Under the pieces are notes generated by a model, which saw only the letters and a program-made list of their open reading frames with translations, was not told the origin of the DNA and did not search any database. A DNA stretch of 29,921 nt from Gemmatimonadaceae bacterium (GTDB lineage: Bacteria > Gemmatimonadota > Gemmatimonadetes > Gemmatimonadales > Gemmatimonadaceae). Shown in pieces: positions 25,295 to 29,921 of the stretch. Within the stretch, counting starts at the first letter, position 1. The number at the start of each line of letters is the position of its first letter. Location: contig JBBDYA010000081.1 in assembly GCA_040902005.1 (NCBI GenBank), forward strand, positions 63,827 to 93,747, in the 5' to 3' direction. A program made the position numbers and the translations under genes.

Positions 25295-28012
25295 TCAGTC
25301 CCCGCCCCTGGCGAAGATCCGCTGGAGGTCGCCGGCGCTCTTGATCTGCCGCCGCGCGCGGCGCGCGAATTCCCCGGTCGGCGCCAGCGTGATCACCTGC
25401 TGCCAGCGGTCGATCGCCTCGCGGTACCGGTGCTGTTCCGCGAGCATCGCGCCCTCGTGATACAGCGCGCCCACGTGCGTGGGATCGAAGCGAAGCACGC
25501 GCGTGAACGCGGTGACGGCATCCTGCTTCTGCCCGAGATCGAGCAGCGTTTCGCCCAGCGCGATGAGCGCGTCGAAGTGGTAGCGGTCCCGCTGCAGCAG
25601 CTCGATCAGCACCGGGAGGGCGTCCGCGGGGCGACCCACCTGGCGCAGCAGCGCCACCAGGGTCAGTGTGGCTTCGGCATACGTGGGCACCGCGTCGAGC
25701 GCGGCCACCAGTTCCGCCTCCGCGTGGGCCCACTGGCCGCGGTCCATGAGCACCCGCGCGAGCTGGTATCGCACCACGGCATAGCGGGGGTCGATCGCGA
25801 GCGCCTCGCGATACGCGGCGATCGCGCCGTCGGCGTCGTTGAGTTTCTGCGACGCATCCCCGATGTGCTTGCGCACGTCGGCGCGCATGGGCGCCACGCG
25901 GCGCGCGGTGTCCAGCGCGGCCAGGGCCGCCGCCGGATCCCCGGCTTCGCCGCGTGCTTCGGCGGCGAGCATGAGCGTCTCCACATCGTTCGGATTTCGT
26001 TGCAGCACGGATTCGGTCACGAGCCGCGCTTCCGTGGCGCGGCCCAGCCGCAGCAGCGCGGTCGCCTCGCCGGTCATGGCGGCGGCGAAATCGGGCGCGG
26101 CGCGGCGCACGTCGCGGTACCGCTCCAGCGCCTCGCCCCAGAAGCCCTGCCGGGCGAAGATGTCGCCGGCCAACGTGCTGCCCCGCACCGGGTCGGCGCC
26201 CCGCGTCATGGCCCGCCGGACCTCCGCGTGCGCCCGGTCGAAGAATCCCTTGCTGAGACAGTCCGCGGCCATCGCGAAGGGATCGGCGCCCGCCGGGAGC
26301 GCGGTCACCGCCGGCGGCGTGGTGAGCGCCGGCGCGATCTCGGTAAACAGGGTGTCGAGAACGCTCGGATCGAAGTCGAAATCCTCGATCGCAGCGTCGG
26401 TCCGGCGCTCCTGCCCCAGGTCGGGCTGGATGGAGAGGTCGGGATCCTCGTGCTGGAGGTCGATGGCCAGCTCGAACTTCTGCGCGACGTAGTACGGCTC
26501 CAGTTCGATGGCGAGCTTCGTTTCGCGCAGGGCACCCTCGAAGTCCCCGAGATTCGAGAGGGTGAAGCTCATGTTGTAGTGCGCCTCCGCGTATCTGGGC
26601 CGCGCCTGGATCGCGCGCGCGAACGCGTTGCGCGCGTCGCCGAACTTCTTGAGTTCCGCCAGCACGAGCCCCAGGCCGTTCCACGCCACGGGCTGCTCGC
26701 CGTCCACCGCCAGCACCTGCCGGTAGGCCTCCAGCGAGCGCTGGAGGCGCTTTGCCTTGAGGAGCAGCAGCGCCTGATTCAACCGGGCCTTCGCGAACCC
26801 GGCATTGACCTCGAGGGCCTGGGCGAACGACGCGGACGCGCCCTCCGGATCGCCGGCGTGATACAGGGCCACCCCGAGATTGTTCAGCGCGAGCACGTAG
26901 CCCGTGTCACACGCGATGGAGCGGCGATAGCTCTCCTGCGCGTCGAGAAAGGCGCCGCCCTGGTGGAAGGCAACGCCCTGCTCGTTCCACAGCTTCGGGC
27001 TCTGCGGGGCGCGCTCCAGCAGTTCGCGGTAGAGCTCCAGGGTGGCCGCGGTATCGCGGCCGAGCAGGTGCACCTCCGCCATCGCCTGCTGAACGAGATC
27101 GCGATCTTCGCCGCGCTGCAGCGCCAGGCGGTATTCGCGGAGCGCTTCCGCGTGGTATCCCTTTTTCCGGAAGGCGAGCCCCAGGTTGTAGTGCGTGAGC
27201 GCGGCCTCGGGCGCGACCTCCATGGGCGCGGCGCGCGCGGACTCACGCTCTGCCTTCTCGACGTAGCGGTTCGCGTTGAGCGCGAGGTTGGCCTGCGCGC
27301 GGGACAGCGACGGATTCAGCTTCACCGCGCGCTTCGTGGCGTCCTTCGCCTCGTCGTGCCGGCCGGCGTCGCCCAGCACGAAGCCCAACAGATACCAGGC
27401 CTCGTGATTCTCGCCATTCAGCGCGATCGCGCGCTGGAGCAGCGCCAGCGCCTCGTCGTTGAGACCGCGGTTGTAGGCGATCTCGCCAAGATAAAAATGC
27501 ACGAGCGAGCTGTCCGGATCCGCTGCGCGCGCCTGCTCCAGCCACCGCTGCGCCACCTCGATGTCACCGATCGCCTTCTCGGACAGGCCGATCTGAATGA
27601 GCGCGCCCAGGTCGGACGGATGGTACTTGAGCAGCTCGGTGAACTCGTTCACCGCCTCGAGATGCTGCCCCAGCAGCGCGTACGTGCGGCCAAGCTCCCA
27701 GCGCGCGTCGCGGTCGCTGGGGTTCGACCGCAGATGCTCCACGAGGCTCGAGATCCGCCGGTTCGAGTACCCGCTGTTGACATACGCGATCTCGATATTG
27801 CGCTGCGCCACCTCCATCCGCGGGTCGAGCTCCAGCGCGCGCATGAAGGCGACCACCGCGTCCTCGTACAACCCCTTGTTGAAATACAGGACGCCGAGAT
27901 TGTTGTGCGCCCCGGCGTCGGAGGGATCGATGCGGCGCGCAAACGAACGCAGGGCCGCCTGATCCTTCGCGGACGCGAGCGACTGTTTGCCGCCGGTCGG
28001 CACCTCCGGCAC
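25295..28012 (-). CDS. large multi-TPR protein (about 905 aa); start uncertain
   Basis: Repeated AHNNLG, THYNLG, ALNNLG and AWNGLG motifs and ALELDP-type units along almost the whole length. No signal peptide seen. Confidence 0.88.
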   Translation of the reverse strand: MPEVPTGGKQSLASAKDQAALRSFARRIDPSDAGAHNNLGVLYFNKGLYEDAVVAFMRALELDPRMEVAQRNIEIAYVNSGYSNRRISSLVEHLRSNPSDRDARWELGRTYALLGQHLEAVNEFTELLKYHPSDLGALIQIGLSEKAIGDIEVAQRWLEQARAADPDSSLVHFYLGEIAYNRGLNDEALALLQRAIALNGENHEAWYLLGFVLGDAGRHDEAKDATKRAVKLNPSLSRAQANLALNANRYVEKAERESARAAPMEVAPEAALTHYNLGLAFRKKGYHAEALREYRLALQRGEDRDLVQQAMAEVHLLGRDTAATLELYRELLERAPQSPKLWNEQGVAFHQGGAFLDAQESYRRSIACDTGYVLALNNLGVALYHAGDPEGASASFAQALEVNAGFAKARLNQALLLLKAKRLQRSLEAYRQVLAVDGEQPVAWNGLGLVLAELKKFGDARNAFARAIQARPRYAEAHYNMSFTLSNLGDFEGALRETKLAIELEPYYVAQKFELAIDLQHEDPDLSIQPDLGQERRTDAAIEDFDFDPSVLDTLFTEIAPALTTPPAVTALPAGADPFAMAADCLSKGFFDRAHAEVRRAMTRGADPVRGSTLAGDIFARQGFWGEALERYRDVRRAAPDFAAAMTGEATALLRLGRATEARLVTESVLQRNPNDVETLMLAAEARGEAGDPAAALAALDTARRVAPMRADVRKHIGDASQKLNDADGAIAAYREALAIDPRYAVVRYQLARVLMDRGQWAHAEAELVAALDAVPTYAEATLTLVALLRQVGRPADALPVLIELLQRDRYHFDALIALGETLLDLGQKQDAVTAFTRVLRFDPTHVGALYHEGAMLAEQHRYREAIDRWQQVITLAPTGEFARRARRQIKSAGDLQRIFARGGD

Positions 28013-28153
28013 CCCCGCGGAGCCGGCCGAGCCGGCTGGCTCCCGGGCCTTGGGCTCGGTGATCTCGCGGTCTGACGCGCCGCTCCCCCCGGGCGTCGAG
28101 TCCGGTGCGGAAAGCGTGGGAGACGCGCGCGTGATCAGGACACCCCCGAGTGG

Positions 28154-28774
28154 TTACGCCACGCGAACCGCCCGCAGGATCGCGGACAGCGACGGTGGGT
28201 CCGGCAACAGGAGAAAGAATCCGCGCAACGGCTGCTCCGTTCCCTTCACGAAGAACTCGCTCTCGACGCAGAAGACGAAATCGCGGTCGGAACCGAACTG
28301 GAGATATGCAGTGGTCAGCACGGCACTCGACATGTCCACGGCGAGGCTCGGCGGCGAGGGCAGCAGCAGCATCCCCATGAAATCGCTCAGTGCGTTCATG
28401 TACGCGCTGCTCAGGATGTTGCCGGCCTCCTTGATCGCCGACTGCTCCAACTCACCCAGCTCCGTCGAACTGGCGGCCGGGCGCCGCAGCAGGAGCTCGG
28501 CAAGCCGGATCGCCACGTCCCGCGGGAACACCAGGAGCGTGCGCCCGGTCAGGTCGCCCAGCATGTGCAGGAGGACGGCGGCCACCGGCTCCTCGGGGGC
28601 CGCTACCACCGGCGGTACATCCTCGAGGCGCGTGACGTTGATGCGCGGCACGCTGATCATGATCGTGGAGCCGATCATCTGGGACAGCGCGGTCGCGGCA
28701 TGCCCCGCGCCGATGTTCGCGACCTCCCGGAGCGCATCCAGCTGTTTCGGATTGAGAGAGCGAATGTCGTCCAT
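28154..28774 (-). CDS. cheC: CheC-family CheY-P phosphatase
   Basis: Two E-x-x-N active-site motifs: DALREVANIGAGHAATALS and SAIKEAGNILSSAY. Confidence 0.93.
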   Translation of the reverse strand: MDDIRSLNPKQLDALREVANIGAGHAATALSQMIGSTIMISVPRINVTRLEDVPPVVAAPEEPVAAVLLHMLGDLTGRTLLVFPRDVAIRLAELLLRRPAASSTELGELEQSAIKEAGNILSSAYMNALSDFMGMLLLPSPPSLAVDMSSAVLTTAYLQFGSDRDFVFCVESEFFVKGTEQPLRGFFLLLPDPPSLSAILRAVRVA

Positions 28775-28779
28775 GGGCG

Positions 28780-29921
28780 TCAGGAAAGGCCACCAACATC
28801 CAGTATCAGCGCGGGCGCGCCGTCAGTGAGTATGGTTGCCCCGCTGAAACATCGCAGCCCGTCGCGCAGCTGATCCATCCGTTTCACGACGATGTCCTGC
28901 TGCCCGACGAGGTCGTCCACCACCAGCGCGGCGCGCTTGTCCGCCACCTCGAACACCACCGCCTGTTCCAGTTGATCGGGCGCGACGGCGGGCAGTCGCA
29001 CGACATCCCGCAACCGGATCAGCGGCAGCACGTCCTCGCGCAGCATCAACACCTCGCGTCCCCGCAGCAGGGACACGTTTTCGGGAAGCAGCTCCACCGT
29101 CTCGCGCACGTGCGTCGTGGGAATCGCGTACTGCTCGGCGTCCACGCACGCCAGGATGGCACGCACGATGGCGAGCGTCAGGGGCAGCCGGAGCGTGACG
29201 GTCGTGCCGCGCCCGGCCACGCTCCGCACGTCCACGCTGCCGCCCAACTGGCGCGCGCGCGCGAGGACGGCGTCGATTCCCACCCCGCGCCCCGACAGGT
29301 CCGTGACCCGGTCCGCCGTCGAGAATCCGGGACGCGCGATCAGGCGCAGCAGGTCGTCGTCCGAGAGCTCGCCGTGCGATGCCTCGAGCAGCCCGGTCTC
29401 CCGCGCCCGCGCGGCCACCCGGTCGCGGTCGATCCCCCGGCCGTCGTCGCTCACGCGGATCGCCACGGCGTTCCGGTCGCGTGTGGCGGACAGCAACAGG
29501 CGCCCCGCGGCTGGCTTGCCGCCCGCCACGCGCTCGACCGGCGACTCGATGCCGTGATCCACCGCGTTCCGCAGCAGGTGGACGATCGGGTCGCCGATCT
29601 CGTCGAGCATGGACCGGTCGAGCTCGATCCCCTTTCCCTCGATCGTGAATTCGACCTGCTTGTCGAGTCCGCGCGCGGCGTCGCGCACCAGGCGCGGAAA
29701 GCGATCGAAGACCTGTCCCACCGGCACCATGCGACTCGTCACGATCTCGTCCCGGAGTTCCCCGATGAGCCGCGACGCCTGCGCCACGGCGTCGGTGAGC
29801 GCCTCGCTGCCCGCCACGCTCACCAGCTCCTGCAGGCGGGCACGCGAGATCACCAGCTCGCCCACGAGATTCATGAGTGTATCCAGCCGCCGCGCGTCGA
29901 TCCGGATGCTCCGGGGGGGGG
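28780..29921 (-). CDS. cheA: chemotaxis histidine kinase CheA, 5'-truncated by the window end
   Basis: SIRIDARRLDTLMNLVGELVI (dimerisation), HLLRNAVDHG, DDGRGID, PGFSTAD, GRGVGID, LPLTLAI and a CheW-like tail (GQQDIVVK, SGATILTDG). The Hpt and P2 domains lie outside the window. Confidence 0.95.
   Translation of the reverse strand, partial: PPRSIRIDARRLDTLMNLVGELVISRARLQELVSVAGSEALTDAVAQASRLIGELRDEIVTSRMVPVGQVFDRFPRLVRDAARGLDKQVEFTIEGKGIELDRSMLDEIGDPIVHLLRNAVDHGIESPVERVAGGKPAAGRLLLSATRDRNAVAIRVSDDGRGIDRDRVAARARETGLLEASHGELSDDDLLRLIARPGFSTADRVTDLSGRGVGIDAVLARARQLGGSVDVRSVAGRGTTVTLRLPLTLAIVRAILACVDAEQYAIPTTHVRETVELLPENVSLLRGREVLMLREDVLPLIRLRDVVRLPAVAPDQLEQAVVFEVADKRAALVVDDLVGQQDIVVKRMDQLRDGLRCFSGATILTDGAPALILDVGGLS

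Overview
This is a high-GC bacterial chromosomal segment. Gene content and sequence style suggest Gemmatimonadota (inference from recognition, not a search). Almost all genes are on the minus strand. The left part (62-11038) is a division/cell-wall (dcw) cluster, rsmH-ftsL-ftsI-murE-murF-mraY-murD-ftsW-murG, with no mraZ; ftsL is broken by a G13 tract. The middle holds a divergent YegS-family lipid kinase, a bidirectional terminator, an exported TPR-like protein, tRNA-Val(TAC) and a 58-aa membrane protein missed by the ORF track, which lies behind a near-consensus sigma70 promoter. The right part (14325-29921) is one tightly coupled operon. In it, chemosensory genes (cheA partial, cheC ... cheR, cheD, cheB) surround a module of a large TPR protein, two DUF4388/PATAN-like proteins (one with an MshEN-like c-di-GMP motif), three roadblock/MglB domains, an MglA GTPase and a protein built from two tandem DnaA-type AAA+ domains with no DNA-binding domain. 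This Che-MglAB-double-DnaA operon is the best candidate for an uncharacterised system. No mobile element or CRISPR array was seen.
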